Positions 1 to 11,914 of a DNA stretch of 64,000 nt are shown in pieces; the first letter of the stretch is position 1; each line of letters opens with the position of its first letter. Source of the stretch: Amoebophrya sp. A120 (lineage: Eukaryota; Protista; Dinoflagellata); contig CAJINV010000004.1 in NCBI GenBank assembly GCA_905178155.1, positions 8,894,411 to 8,958,410 on the forward strand, read 5' to 3'. The position numbers and the translations under genes were made by a program. The notes under the pieces were generated by a model. It had not been told where the DNA came from and ran no database searches. It was given only the letters and a program-made list of their open reading frames with translations.

Positions 1-3000
1 GCCCCGGGCAAGTTCTGCTCGCGACGGCGGGGCCACCAACCCTTTCCGGTCCGAGTTTGGTGGTGTTTGAGTCGAATTCCGATGATGGGAGCACAACGTT
101 ACCCCCGACAACGACCACGACCACCACCACAACGTTGGAGTTCGCTTTTATCGGGGTCACCGCGCAGGACCGGACGTCGATTATTTTGCACAGCAATCCC
201 GATTTAGTCTTCATGAACATTGGCGGGAATGTCCGGGGGGAGGTGCATATTCGGGAAAACCCGGCGCTCCGCTCCATGTCGATGGACATGATGAACTCCA
301 TCCGGATGACGGTGTTCATTCACGACAATCCGGTACTGAACGGCATCAATTTCCCGGCTTTGACCGAAGTTTTGTCGACCGGGCTGCACTATCAAATGCA
401 AAAATGTCTGGGTCTGGAAACTTGTGATGCTGGGTGGCGTATCATGAGGAGGCCACAAGTGCTCGCTCAGCATGACAAGTTTCTGAGCTTCTAGATGTTG
501 CCTATTCTGCATGACAAACTGCGTTTCTACATGACAGAAAAATGGCGCTCTTGGGTAACGTGCATGACAGATTTGAGAGTCATGCCAGACAAGCATGACA
601 AACATGCACTCTTCCAGACCCAGACATTTTTACACTTGATATGCACTCTTTGGTCTTGCGGGATAACGGAATTGCCTGTACCTACTCCGGCTTCATGCGG
701 TTCCCGTCGTTGCAACGGATTTCCGGGATGGTGACGATCACGGGGAACCGGTGGTTTGGGGTCATCGAATTCCCCTCCCTGGTCGAAACGGGGCCCGTCC
801 CGTCGGACGGATACAGGCGGTTAGAGGATGGACATCAAAAAGCAGCGGTGGGGTCCGCAACTGAAACCATCAGTGAGCGGAGACAAGAACAGCACACGAC
901 GCCACCCAAGAGCAAAAACAAATCTTCGACCTCCAAGGTTGTAACTACTACCCGTGGTAGCAAAAATGTTGACCGACATAACCATCCCAACTCCCTCGAC
1001 AATCGTCGTGGCGGGCAGAAGGTGCCGGATTTGCTTTCTCCACCGGATTGGCGGTCCGGTTTGATGTCAGAGGGGGAAAAGGAGCAGCGCAGACTGATGT
1101 TTTCCGAAAGAGAAGAGCTGGAGCTGGAAAAACACGCTGCACTAGAACGCGAAAAGTGGGACGCAGAAATTGAAATAGCGGAAAATAATGAGAAACAGTT
1201 ATTTGGTGGTCGTGTCAGGCAACTCACCACCGGCACGCCCTACACCACCGGGAAAGTGTCCGTCAATTCCGTCACTATCACGGATAACCAGCGGTTGTAC
1301 TACGTGAAATACTCCGGGATTCTCTACGGCAGCATGCAGGTCTCCGCCCAGTCGGACTTGGTGAACATCGATTCGCCGGATCTGCGCGAAATCCGGGGCA
1401 TGCTGTGGATCGAGAACAACGCGCAACTCGCGAGGGTTTCTCTAGCGAATTTGCAAACGCTCGGCGACACCTTCGACTACAGCTTGAAATTTGTCAGTAA
1501 CGGGCAAGGCGCGCAGGAGCGGACCGGGTTTTTTCAAGCACATGTTTTACGGTCGACAACCCGTGGGATTGTGTTCGCGGAGAACCAAAACTTTGCGAGA
1601 TTGCAATTTCCGCAAATGCAATCGACGGGGGAGACTTTGGGCTCATCCGTTTTCGTTCAGAACAACAAGGACCTTTCCCTATTGGATTTCAACGGCGAGA
1701 TGGAGGGCAACGTGGTGATTCATAACAACCCAGATGTCGAATCCATCCGGTTGGAGGGTCTTGCGAAGGTCAAGAACGACGGGAATCTGTACTTCACGGA
1801 CAACCAAGCGCTTCACACGGCGAATTTGGTGCAGTTAGTGGAATTGACCGGTGATTTAGTCCTGGGTCGGAACGGCTTGCTCGCCCGCGCGCACGGATCG
1901 GTCACCGCGCCGTTGTTGAAATTAGTCGGAGGAAGGATTCGGATAGAACAAAATTTCAATTTGGGCAATTTAGTTTTTCCGCAATTAGATTCCATCGGGC
2001 AAGCGGAGGGGGAATCTGTGGGGGTTTTTCAGAACGTGAATTTCCAGTGCTGGAACATTCTCTTCAACGCGTTGAGATTCGTTGGCGGTTACATTCAGTA
2101 CAAGGACAATTTCATGCTGGACCAGATGGAGTTTGATTCCATGGGGAACTTATCAAGTGCAAAAATGTCTGGGTCTGGAAAGATCCGAACTTGTGATGCG
2201 ACTTCCACTACACGCGCAAATCTCTCATGCATAGGCAGCAAGCGGTGCCCATTTCCTGTCACCAAAAAGATGGCTTTGTCATGCGGATTAAGCATTGCGG
2301 AACGTTCTCAAAATCTGTGATGCTAGGGCTTCCATGACAGACCTTCTGTGTCATGCAGAAACAGCATGACAAAAATCTGCATTCTTCCAGACCCAGACAT
2401 TTTTACATTTGATAGAACTGCGGCCCGGCGCAGGCGGAGCTCGGGTCCTACTGCCCCTCCGCAAGATTCATTTGCGCGGCGCGGCATATCCTGAGTAAAA
2501 ACGTACCCACACCAGAGTTGTAATGCAAATCTGCATGCTTAAAATGTTTGTCATGCGGAGCCCCATGAGAAGCATTTTCTAAGGGTGTTTTGAAATTTGT
2601 CATGCTCCAATCAGCATGAGAGACTAGATCTGTAATGCTGCTGAACTAGCTCAAACAGCACTGCACTACGCGTCCAAATTTGTCATGCGAAACAAGTAAA
2701 GTTGGCCGATTTGTCTAGCAGATTTTCCATCTTGACTCTGGTGTGGGTACGTTTTTACTCAGGATACGGCAGGTGCGGTACCCGCCGTACGATCTCGGGA
2801 TTCCGGAGTTGAAGTTTTTGTCCCCTTTGGAGGTAACTCTGGAAGCGGACTTGACCGACCGGTTACTATACGGCGTGCCACTGTTGAACGACGACATGGC
2901 GCGGGTGTACGCGAAGTACTGCAAAGTGGACCCGATCCAGGTGAAAATTCTCTCCTACGCGATCACGAATCCAGCGTTAGTGCCAGGGAGTATCTCCGGT

Positions 3001-4500
3001 GCGGCGCAAACAACGGTCGCGCCAGGATCTAGTACGACACCGTCGAACGGAACTTCTTCTCTGCGGGAACTGCAACCCTACGACTACCCCAGCAACTACC
3101 CTGCAGTAGCTCTAAATGGTGACCAACGCAGCTCGCAGCTCAAAGGCCGCCAACTCGGTCAGGTCGCACGGTTGCTGGGCGTCCGGGTGGAAGTGATCAC
3201 AACTAGTTCGATCGAACTCCAACGGGTCTACAACCGGATCGCCAGTTTCAGTCCGGCGACGTTTGCGGATATGACCGCGGATTTAGTGATTGAGCTCGCG
3301 ACCCACATGAACACGCTACAAATCATCTCGGTGGGGCGAATCAACATCACCAGTACATTCGGCCTCGAAGGAATCACCCAGCCGCCGATCCCAGAGGGGA
3401 CGTACTTGGACACATCCGATATGGTGGATTTGACCAAAGCACGGGAACGACCTGTCGACCCGGCGGACGCGGGCGCAACGGCCGAGAAGGAGACGGACTA
3501 CACGTGGTTCATTGTAATTGGGTGTGTGGTTGCGTTCGGTTTGTTGGTTTTTCGGCTTTTCGTCTTCTTAACCATGCAGTCCGCTTTACAGGCGAATTTG
3601 TTGGAGCAGGAAAGGGAAAGAATCGAGAGGGAAGAACGGGAGAAATACGAGGAAGAATACTACGCCCAGAAGGAGATGGAAGCGAAAGCGAAGGACCACA
3701 TGCTCGTGCTGGGGTCGCAGTTGGTGATGAACAACGACGAAAAACGGGAAGACTTGGAGTTCGGCGCGACAATGGGTAGTTCCGCCGCGGAAATGCAGAT
3801 GCTGAGCCAGATGACAAGCAGTCCTTCGGCTTCGCATAGTAAGCACAAGATCGCGCCGATGGCAATTACCGACGGCTCGGCCGGTATGGAAGCGTCAGGT
3901 TTGAAATCGACAAAGTTGAAATAATTTGCCATGCATAAAATGCAACTCATAAAGTGCCTGTCTTGCAGAGTAGGCAAGCGAGGCAGACTGTAAGCCTGTG
4001 AAGGTGTAGAAATAGAGCTGCTAAACTAGCATGACAAAAGGCGTCTTCCTTACCCAAACAGCATTACAAACTGGATTTAGGCACCACCAAAATTTGTCAT
4101 GCGTCACTTGGAAACTGGGTTCCCACTGGCATCCATTTTATGCATGACAAATCATTTCAACTTTGGCGATTTCGATCCTGACACATCCATAGCCGGTTTT
4201 GATGGGAGTCCGACTGCGGCATCCGGGACGTTGGCGATTATGGACCGGTCGTTTATGCAGTCGACACAATCAAAAATGCCCCAGATCTTCCGTTACGACG
4301 ACGGATCCCGAGTCGCCCCAGTGGATTATGGCGACGGGATTGTCGTCGCGCCGGGCGTGCAGCCGTCGAAGCGGTACATTGGCGGGAAGGTGAAAATTAC
4401 GCACAAGAAAAAAACGACGCGGGGGAATCCGGAAGCGTACACGAATTTCCTGCGGGATAGGATTCACAACGCGGACGAAACAAATGTGTATGAAGTGTGA
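1..4500 (+). CDS. 5'-partial type I membrane protein with receptor L-domain-like (leucine-rich beta-helix) repeats; 4 introner introns
   Basis: ORFs 57-494, 641-2320, 2743-3924 and 4099-4500 join in frame after removing elements at 390, 2151, 2487 and 3885. Repeated motif I.G.L.I..N..L..l.fp.L. Single hydrophobic helix WFIVIGCVVAFGLLVFRLFVFL near 3505-3570. Confidence 0.75.
390..641. mobile_element. Introner family A (252 bp)
   Basis: TIR tatcaaatgcaaaaatgtctgggtctggaa / ttccagacccagacatttttacacttgata; TSD tgcac; excision gives ...TGLH|SLVLRDNG. Confidence 0.95.
2151..2414. mobile_element. Introner family A (264 bp)
   Basis: Family A TIRs; TSD gaact; excision gives MGN|CGPAQAE in frame. Confidence 0.95.
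2487..2766. mobile_element. Introner family B (280 bp)
   Basis: Perfect 32-bp TIR tatcctgagtaaaaacgtacccacaccagagt; TSD cggca; excision gives AAR|QVRYPP. Confidence 0.95.
3885..4191. mobile_element. Introner family D (307 bp)
   Basis: ~55-bp imperfect TIR tatggaagcgtcaggtttgaaatcgacaaagttgaaa...; TSD gccgg; excision gives GSAG|FDGSP. Confidence 0.9.
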
Positions 4501-5346
4501 TGAAACTACTACAACTGCGCTCGCTTTTGGTTTTGTCGTGGTTGAGTCACTGCTTGTTATTCCGTTCATCTAATACTACACTATTGCTTATCATAAACTC
4601 TAACTCATCTGAAAAAGAACTTTTCGTTGATAAAAATGCCTACCGAAACGAAGTAGCAATTGATTGATACCCTTAAGTTACCATCTAATATCCAAAACAA
4701 TTCGAAACTCTGCATCGGCTTTGAAATACATAACCTGTAGCTATTTGAGAAGGACTTGAGAACACACTTCTGTTGAGACAAAATGTACATAGAATGACTT
4801 GGAGTTGTTGGAGCTAATTGTCCGCAATGCACTGGCATTTGTCATTTCGTTGGTGCACCGCGATCCCGGTCGCTTGATTTGTCGCGCAGGCGGTTGATGA
4901 TGCATGTTTGTTCGAAAACGGTGGGTCACGAGCGCATGATGAAAAAAATTCGTAAGCTTTTTGTCCCCAACATCCCTGGTGCCCTTGTGCTTGTTGTCGT
5001 CCAAAAAAATCTAGGCGCAGGTTAGGTGAAGTCGTATTGTCGTTTTCAGCATCATCAATTAAAGAAATCGTAAATCGAAAACAATGGCTCGTGTCTTCGC
5101 AATCGTGTCCAGTAGTGCTGGGTCGCTATCGCAATCGTTTCTCGGCAGAATCTTCGAAGGAGCGTGAACCAACTGTCGTCTCAGGTACTTGATTCCAAAA
5201 TTTTTTTCTTGGACCACTTAGACTTTCCGCTCCGCTGCATGTAGCTTATGTAGTTTCGTTTTCGTGTGAGCCAAAAAATGTACCTGTAAAATAAAATGCA
5301 ATAGAGCCACCTTGTATCAAGCCTTTGAACTTGATTCCAAAACAAG

Positions 5347-8300
5347 ATGGATCCCCCCAAAAACGATTTTGTCTCTACAGAAACCACGCGCATTGCCGAC
5401 GAGGTGTTTGCTTCCGTCGACGCAGAGCTCGAGGCGATTACGGCGCAATTGCGAAAGTGGGGCACAACTTCCAAGAAATCTGTTTCAAAATCGCCCGCGG
5501 TTGGGACGCCGACGAGTACTGCGGGTACGAGTAGGCAGCAATTACGACGGGATATCAGTGCAACGAAGGTAGAATTGGAACAAAGAGAACAAGCTGCGGC
5601 GGAGGTGAAAAGTACAGAAAACGCTGGGACGAAAGGAAGTCCAGAGCTACAACCAGGAGGAACAGCTGGATCCTCGTCCCCACCGTTTCTGTTTTACAGC
5701 GATCCGACGCAGGTGCTGCTGAATACAAAAGGAGCTCCGGTGCTAGACGACGGGCTATTTGCTTCGCAGGCGGAGTGGTATGGCAATATGAATGTTTTTT
5801 TTTCTCATGCGGAAACAACTGAGATGTCATTGTGAGAATCAGAGACATTCACTTGCAATGCAAAATTTGAATTCCTAAAACTTTTATATGGCCTTCAATG
5901 CAAAAAGAAAAACAACTATGCAGGAAAACAAAGCAAGACTTGCGTCTCCATCCCAAAACCAAAAACCGTATCCAATTTCCCCCACGGGACGGGAGAACGC
6001 CGGCTCTGATTGAGCACGAGATCGAAAAGGACCTGAAGACCTGGCCCAAGGACTGGGTGAAGGAAGTGCCGAAGAAACGGAAATTCGTTTTGAAAAGATC
6101 TTCCTCCGAGCAACTGTTGCTGTCAGCTGCATCCGGCACTGCTTCTCGGATTGAAGCATCAACGCAACACCAGAGTCGTGGTCTCGAATCTGCCACGGCG
6201 AAAAGGCAGTATAGAAAGACCAGTACTGGAAAATCAAGAACGCAAAAATCCGCAACAGGGTTAACGCGTTTCCACGAGGTCGTGCAAGACTGGGCGAAAA
6301 CGCTACGCAGCCCGGTGCAACCCAGTACGGTGAAAGGAGTCACGCGGAGCAGGAGTGTGGGCGCATTAGGTAGTCGGGGGAAAACACCGGTGAGCTGTGT
6401 GGACGACGACGGGGACCTGCAGGAGAGAAGTGTGCAGGTGCAGGTAAAGAATGAAGCGGCAATAAAGCCTGAAACCACTTCCGCAGTGAGGGAACAAAAA
6501 GAAGACCACAACTCTTCCAGTGAAGACGAGAATGATGCTGCGGATCATGAAAATAAACGGGAAGTAAAAAATAACCCACGTAGTTTGCTCTACTACACCG
6601 AGGAGAATACCACTACGAACGGAAACGACGGGGCCGACGACCAAGAAACTGCCCAACCACCACAAGACCAGCTCGCACAGCAACTCCAAAACCTCCAAAC
6701 CTCCCGACCCTCCCTCAGCCCCCTATTCCGTCAAGACAGCGTCGCGGAGCTCGTTTTTCAAGACCAGGAGTCCACCAAACCGGACAAGAAGCTCTTCAAA
6801 GACGACCCCACGCACAACCCGCACCACACCGCGACGGAGCGCGGCGATCCGAAACTGCACTTCGCGACCACGTCGGAAATCGCGTACCGACAAGTCAGGT
6901 CCAGTCAGGAGTTCCAGGATCTGTTCCTAGATTTGACCCAATCCTGGCCGGAAAAGTCGCCGCAGTCGAGGACGAGGGAAGCGCGAACGGAGCGGATTTT
7001 GAAACGACAGAGCGAGAAACGACCGCTGAAGGCGTGTTTGTACGATTCTGGGGAGACCAGCTACACGGGAAAGTACCCGTATCGTGGCGGAGAGGGGTCG
7101 GATTGGCAAGTGCGGGAGTACAACGAGGCGTTGCTGGCGCAGAAGCGGCCGAGGGAGTTAAAGTTAAACAACCCTGCGGTCGGCGTTGTGGACGACGAGT
7201 GTCGGGCCAGTCGGTTTCAGGGAAAATTGTACGGGGTGAGGAGAAACAGTGGGGTGACGAGCAGGTATAGGTTTATGTGCACCATGACAGATCTGATGCT
7301 ACCTAGAATGCGGTTTTGAGCATGACAGAGTCGCTCCCAAAATTTATCTACATAATGGCGATTCTTATCAGGAGCCGTTCCCGGTCCCGGTCTCGCTCCA
7401 ACAGTCCCGCGAAACAGAAGTCGCAGAAACGGGTCGGCAGTTGGGAACGAGCCAGGCAGCAGGGGGGACAGCGAGAACGACTAGCATCCCCGTTGAAGAG
7501 CGTGCACTTTTACCCAGAAGACGCAGGATCGAGTTTGTACGAGGAAAGCGTAACGGATTCGCAGGTCTTCTTCGACGGTGGGATCATACGACCTGCGGAC
7601 GCAGCGGAAGTGGACAGACCCTCGACCAAAAAAATGCCGAATCGCGCAGGAGGCACCACGTACAGGCCTGGCAGTTCCGCCAGTGGTGGCCCTGCAGCGG
7701 ATCATCGCGACCAGCAGTTCATTCCCAGGAGCAGTCAACACCAGAACAAAGCAAGTAGTTCGAGCTCCAGTAGTACCGCAGCTGCCGCTCCGTTCCAAGT
7801 CCCGCCCGGCAAAGTTCTCGTGGATCAGTCGGTCTTGAAAACGATCAAGCAGGAAGTTGCGGGCCTGCAAAAGTCTTATCAAATGTAAAAATGTCTGGGT
7901 CTGGAAGAATGCAAGAGTTGTGATGCAGGTTTTCCATGACCGATGAGGTCTGGAATGCGAGACCCAGCATGACAGATTCCTTGAGGTCTCTATCATGCCT
8001 GTCCTGCATGAGAAACTCCCTCTCAACTTGGTCAAAAGCGGACAGCTTTTGGTACTCACGCAACACAGATTTTTGCATCATTCAGATTTAGCATGACAAG
8101 TTCTAATCTTCCAGACCCAGACATTTTTACATTTGATAAGTCTCTCTCTGACACGAAAGCGCAGATTCCGCAGCTGCAGAAACTGCTGCAGGACGAGCAA
8201 GCGAAAGTTGCTTCCCTGCAGCGACGGAAGCAGACGTCGACTGATTTGCAACGGTTGGAGAAGGTTTTGGCGGATCGGGAACAGAAGATCCGAGAATTGG

Positions 8301-8581
8301 AGATCGCATCGTTACCGGTGCCGATGGGCCCGGAACTGCAGGAGCTCTGCTCTGAACTGACGAAAGCGAGGGAACAGAACCAGGGGCTGAGGGAACAGGA
8401 GGCGGATTGGCAGAACCGGGTGCGGGAATTGAGCGGGGTGATAGACGAGCAGAGGGAGAGGTTGTCGAAATACGACGACTTGCAGAGGAAGTGGACCCAG
8501 GCGGCGAGGCTGGATGAACAGAAAATGCGGGAATTGTACGGGAGGATAGAAGAGTACTTTTTATGGTTTTTGCTTGTGTAG
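5347..8581 (+). CDS. Hypothetical protein with RS-rich segment and C-terminal coiled coil
   Basis: ORFs 5347, 5898, 7316 and 8093 join in frame via GT-AG introns 5778-5923 and 7265-7371 and introner 7877-8138. Confidence 0.65.
5778..5923 (+). other. Canonical GT-AG intron
   Basis: gtatgg...ctatgcag; splicing gives AEW|KTKQD in frame. Confidence 0.7.
7265..7371 (+). other. Canonical GT-AG intron
   Basis: gtatag...cttatcag; splicing gives GVTSR|SRSRSRSNSP in frame. Confidence 0.7.
7877..8138. mobile_element. Introner family A (262 bp)
   Basis: Family A TIRs; TSD agtct; excision gives LQKS|LSDTKAQ; opposite orientation to the copy at 42321. Confidence 0.95.
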
Positions 8582-9500
8582 TCTTTTTAGAAGCTGCATG
8601 ATGTTGCTCATGTTGATGGCAATCAAACGCGGTGAATTATCACAGTGCCGCATCAGAAACAAATCCCTGTCACAGGCTCGAGGCGATAGTCGCTGGCGAT
8701 GTGCCCCGTCCGCAAGATTTTTCCACCACCGCTAATCCGGGATTCGAGCCACTTTCCAGCCGTGTGGGACAGCATCCATAAGCCTTTAAACTGCAACGTG
8801 ATGACGTAGCTGACAGAATCTAGTATGCCGATTGAAGTTCCTTGAAAGTTATAAAGCCGTACGCCGAAATAACGTATTAAGCCGAATCGCAAAAATGAAA
8901 TTTGTTTACTGTTTACCGCACTCATTTGGATTTAGGACCAGAGTATGCCGAATTGTACGTACGTGTTTGTCTAGCCTTCTGTATCACTTTGGAAAAATGA
9001 AAAGCTTAGCTGCAGGCGGGATTTGCGCAAAACTACAACTGGTTTTTGTTCGCTCAGCTCGCACTTACGGACTTCTTGTGGAAAACACCTCTATCGGTAA
9101 ATTTGCTCTCGGGTCTTGTATGAAAAAGCTGTTCGTGAAGATGGGGAAGCTTCTACACAAACCTCTGGGACGAGATAACTTCATTTCCAGGACCCCATTT
9201 TAGTACAGTTTTAGAAAAACTATGCGCACCACGCAACGTCTGCTACACCCAAGAACATTCTCGCGATTTCATGATAATGAACGTACTCAAGAACTACTAA
9301 AAGAACCCGCCACAACATTTTTCCACTCATCGCGCTACTTCCTCAACCCACAAAAGAACCACACTCGCTTCCCGAGACTAGGCCAAGACATAAAGTGTTT
9401 TTTTCCTCTGCATGAGCAGAAACTGAATTCTTTTTCCACAACAAGTTTAGCAGATTTAGCAAGAAACAACAAGAACCGTTCGCTTTACCAGCAAATAATC

Positions 9501-11437
9501 ATGAAGCGCGCCGCGTCCTCCTCTTCCGCCGCTGGCGCCAAGCGCCAGAAGCAGGGCCCAACCGGGAGTGTCAAGCAGTCCTGCGCGGGGGTTACCCGCG
9601 GCTTCGCAGATGCTCTCAGAACGGGGAGTGAAAAGTACCCGGAGCACGGTGCCGACCCCCCAACGAAAGCAACGGTTTCTTCAACGAAGAAGCCTCTCCC
9701 GACCAGGAATGCGACGACAAAAGAACTCACGTTTGTTGATTTCCCGGAATTCAAGCCGAATCTGACGCCGGGGGAAGTCGTCTTAATGGGTTCCTTCGGC
9801 GGCACGTATTTTCGCGACATCCACTCTGCCGTCACGATATGCATTGCAAACGTATCGTACTCGTATAAATGCATTACAAATTTCCTCAGCATGAGAAATA
9901 AAATTTGTAATGCGGATTTACCTTAAAGAAAAATATTTGTAATGCAAGACTTGCATTTATACGAGTGCGATACTTTTGCACAGGATACACGAAGCAGGCG
10001 CACAAGGGAAAACAAGTCGCGGCGGAGTTTCCGCTGGAAAGTTGGGGCTGGAAAAGCGGAAAGGCGATTTCCTTGCCATCCGGTGTTATGCATTGCAAAT
10101 ATGTCTGGGTCTGGAAACTTGTAATGCTAAAAGTGAATGAGAGTTCCACTGCAATATGAAGGCAAGCATGACAAATTTTTGGGCTCCCGTGTGTTGCGTG
10201 TTCCGCATAGCAAATTGCGTTTTTGCTGGACAGGTAAGAGGACCACTTCGTGCCCATGCATCACAGATTCTTGAGTCATGTCAGACATGCAACCAAAGGA
10301 GAGCAGGATACAAGGGCGGAGCCGGGCGAGGACCGGGATGCGATGGGAGTGCGCGGATCTTATCAAAAAGGTACGGCCTAAGGCCTCGGGAACGCCGAAT
10401 ATAACCGCGCTCTTCTTCGTGAAACGCCCACCGCTTTTTGCGCGATGGATAAGAAAAAAAATCAAAAGAAAATCAAGAAAAATCAAAAGAAAAAAAATCA
10501 AAAAGAAAAAAATCAAAAGAAATCAAAGAAATAAAAAGAAAAAGAAAGAAAGAAAAACTGCAAATCCATGCGCAGAGAGTTCAGAAAAAAAAAAAAAAAA
10601 AAAAGACATGCATGACAAATGTAGCAATCTTCCAGACCCAGACATATTTGCGTTTGATAGGTGTAAACGTCTCGCCCGGGGTGAGTGTGAAACAAACGAA
10701 ATTTGACGCGGAGTTGATGCTGCACTCGGATACCTACAGGACGACTGTTAACAAGTAACTACTTGATGTTCTTGATTTGGTGGTTACGATTTTTTGTCAT
10801 GCGGTTTTTGAAACATATGTCGTTCCTGTGATGCGCGCAAATCAATGCACACGACGGGCGGGAAAAAAAAATCAATCACAGGTTCGGCGTCAAGTGCGGT
10901 GGCTCTCTCTACATGTGGGAAGGGCACGGGTGGATTAACGAGATCGACCCCTATGGCTGGTTTCACTGGTATTGCCGGTTTTACCAGGGGAGGAGAAGTA
11001 CCGACGACGCGAGGCAGGTCCAACGGTGGTTGAACTCCGCGGGGCCGAAGGGACGCTTCAAAAATCAGTTGATGAATAAGTGCCAAGCGGAGGGTATGAA
11101 TTGCAAAAATGTCTGGGTCTGGAAGATTGCAACTTGTCATGGTAAATCTGAAGCATGCAAAAATCTGTGTTGCGTGAGTACCAGAAGCTGTCCACTTTTG
11201 ATCAAGTTGAGAGGCAGTTTCTAATGCAGGATAGGCATGATAGTGATCTCACGGAATCTGTCGTGCTAGGTCCTCCAATACAGATCATATGGGTCATGGA
11301 AAACCTGCACGACAAGGCGAGCAAAGTTCCAGACCCAGACACTTTTGCATTTGATAGCCGGGAAATCAAAAACCGACCCGAGCGTGTCGCCCGTGATCAG
11401 GCAGACTCTGCAGCACTGGGCGCTGGAGATCAAGTAG
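9501..11437 (+). CDS. Conserved protein of unknown function (PNLTP-GSFGGTYFR / DPYGWF-WYCRFY-GRR family)
   Basis: Motifs FKPNLTPGEVVLMGSFGGTYFR, NKFGVKCG, WINEIDPYGWFHWYCRFYQGRRSTDDARQVQRW and VSPVIRQTLQHWA are rebuilt after removing 3 introners and 1 GT-AG intron. Confidence 0.8.
9838..9987. mobile_element. Introner family C (150 bp)
   Basis: TIR tatgcattgcaaacgtatcgtactcgtataaatgca / ...gatacttttgcacaggata; TSD cacga; frame restored (AVT|KQAH). Confidence 0.95.
10087..10659. mobile_element. Introner family A carrying a nested poly(A) retroposon
   Basis: Family A TIRs; TSD ggtgt; 573 bp, or 252 bp once the nested insert and its TSD are removed. Confidence 0.9.
10292..10603 (+). mobile_element. 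Non-LTR retroposon fragment (SINE or 5'-truncated LINE 3' end)
   Basis: 9-bp TSD agacatgca (10283-10291 and 10604-10612); A-rich aaaatcaaaag repeats; terminal run of about 20 A. Confidence 0.8.
10755..10881 (+). other. Canonical GT-AG intron
   Basis: gtaact...aatcacag; restores conserved NK|FGVKCG. Confidence 0.85.
11095..11356. mobile_element. Introner family A (262 bp), diverged TSD
   Basis: Family A TIRs; flanks gaggg/gccgg; removing element plus 5 nt restores the frame. Confidence 0.9.
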
Positions 11438-11914
11438 TAGGGAAGTAGATTTTGAAAGAGTATTGTAGAAGATGTGTAAAGCAGGAGCAGCTGGTAAGGA
11501 CTTTCTCAAGCCCTTTGGAAGCTAAATGTAATGAACTATCAAAAGCGAATAGAAGAACAACTGTGTGCAGATTTCAAAAATTTCAACACCAAGTATGAAA
11601 ACGCTAAGTACTGTACGATAACGATTACTTCGACGCATACAGCACAGTGCCTTTGTCGTGCGAAAAACCGAACGAACCTCTCTGAAATTTGGGCCAGAGT
11701 TTTGCGAACTGTTCCTCGTGTCGTTTCTTTTCGTCTACTCCTGCTAACGCGTGTAGGTACGTAGCTGCGAGGTTTTATTCTTGAATTGGATGATCATTGA
11801 TACTCGCTTCATCTGAAAAAAAAACGGTCTCGAGTTGCGGAGAGCGGTTCACACGTATCCCTTCTTTTAAAAGGACCCACCATTGCTTTTGTTTCTTGAA
11901 AACAAAAGAAAGCA

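Noticed and set aside
7316-7360. Separate gene starting about 35 nt after the 5898-7319 ORF
   Set aside because: A GT-AG intron at 7265-7371 joins the two ORFs in frame
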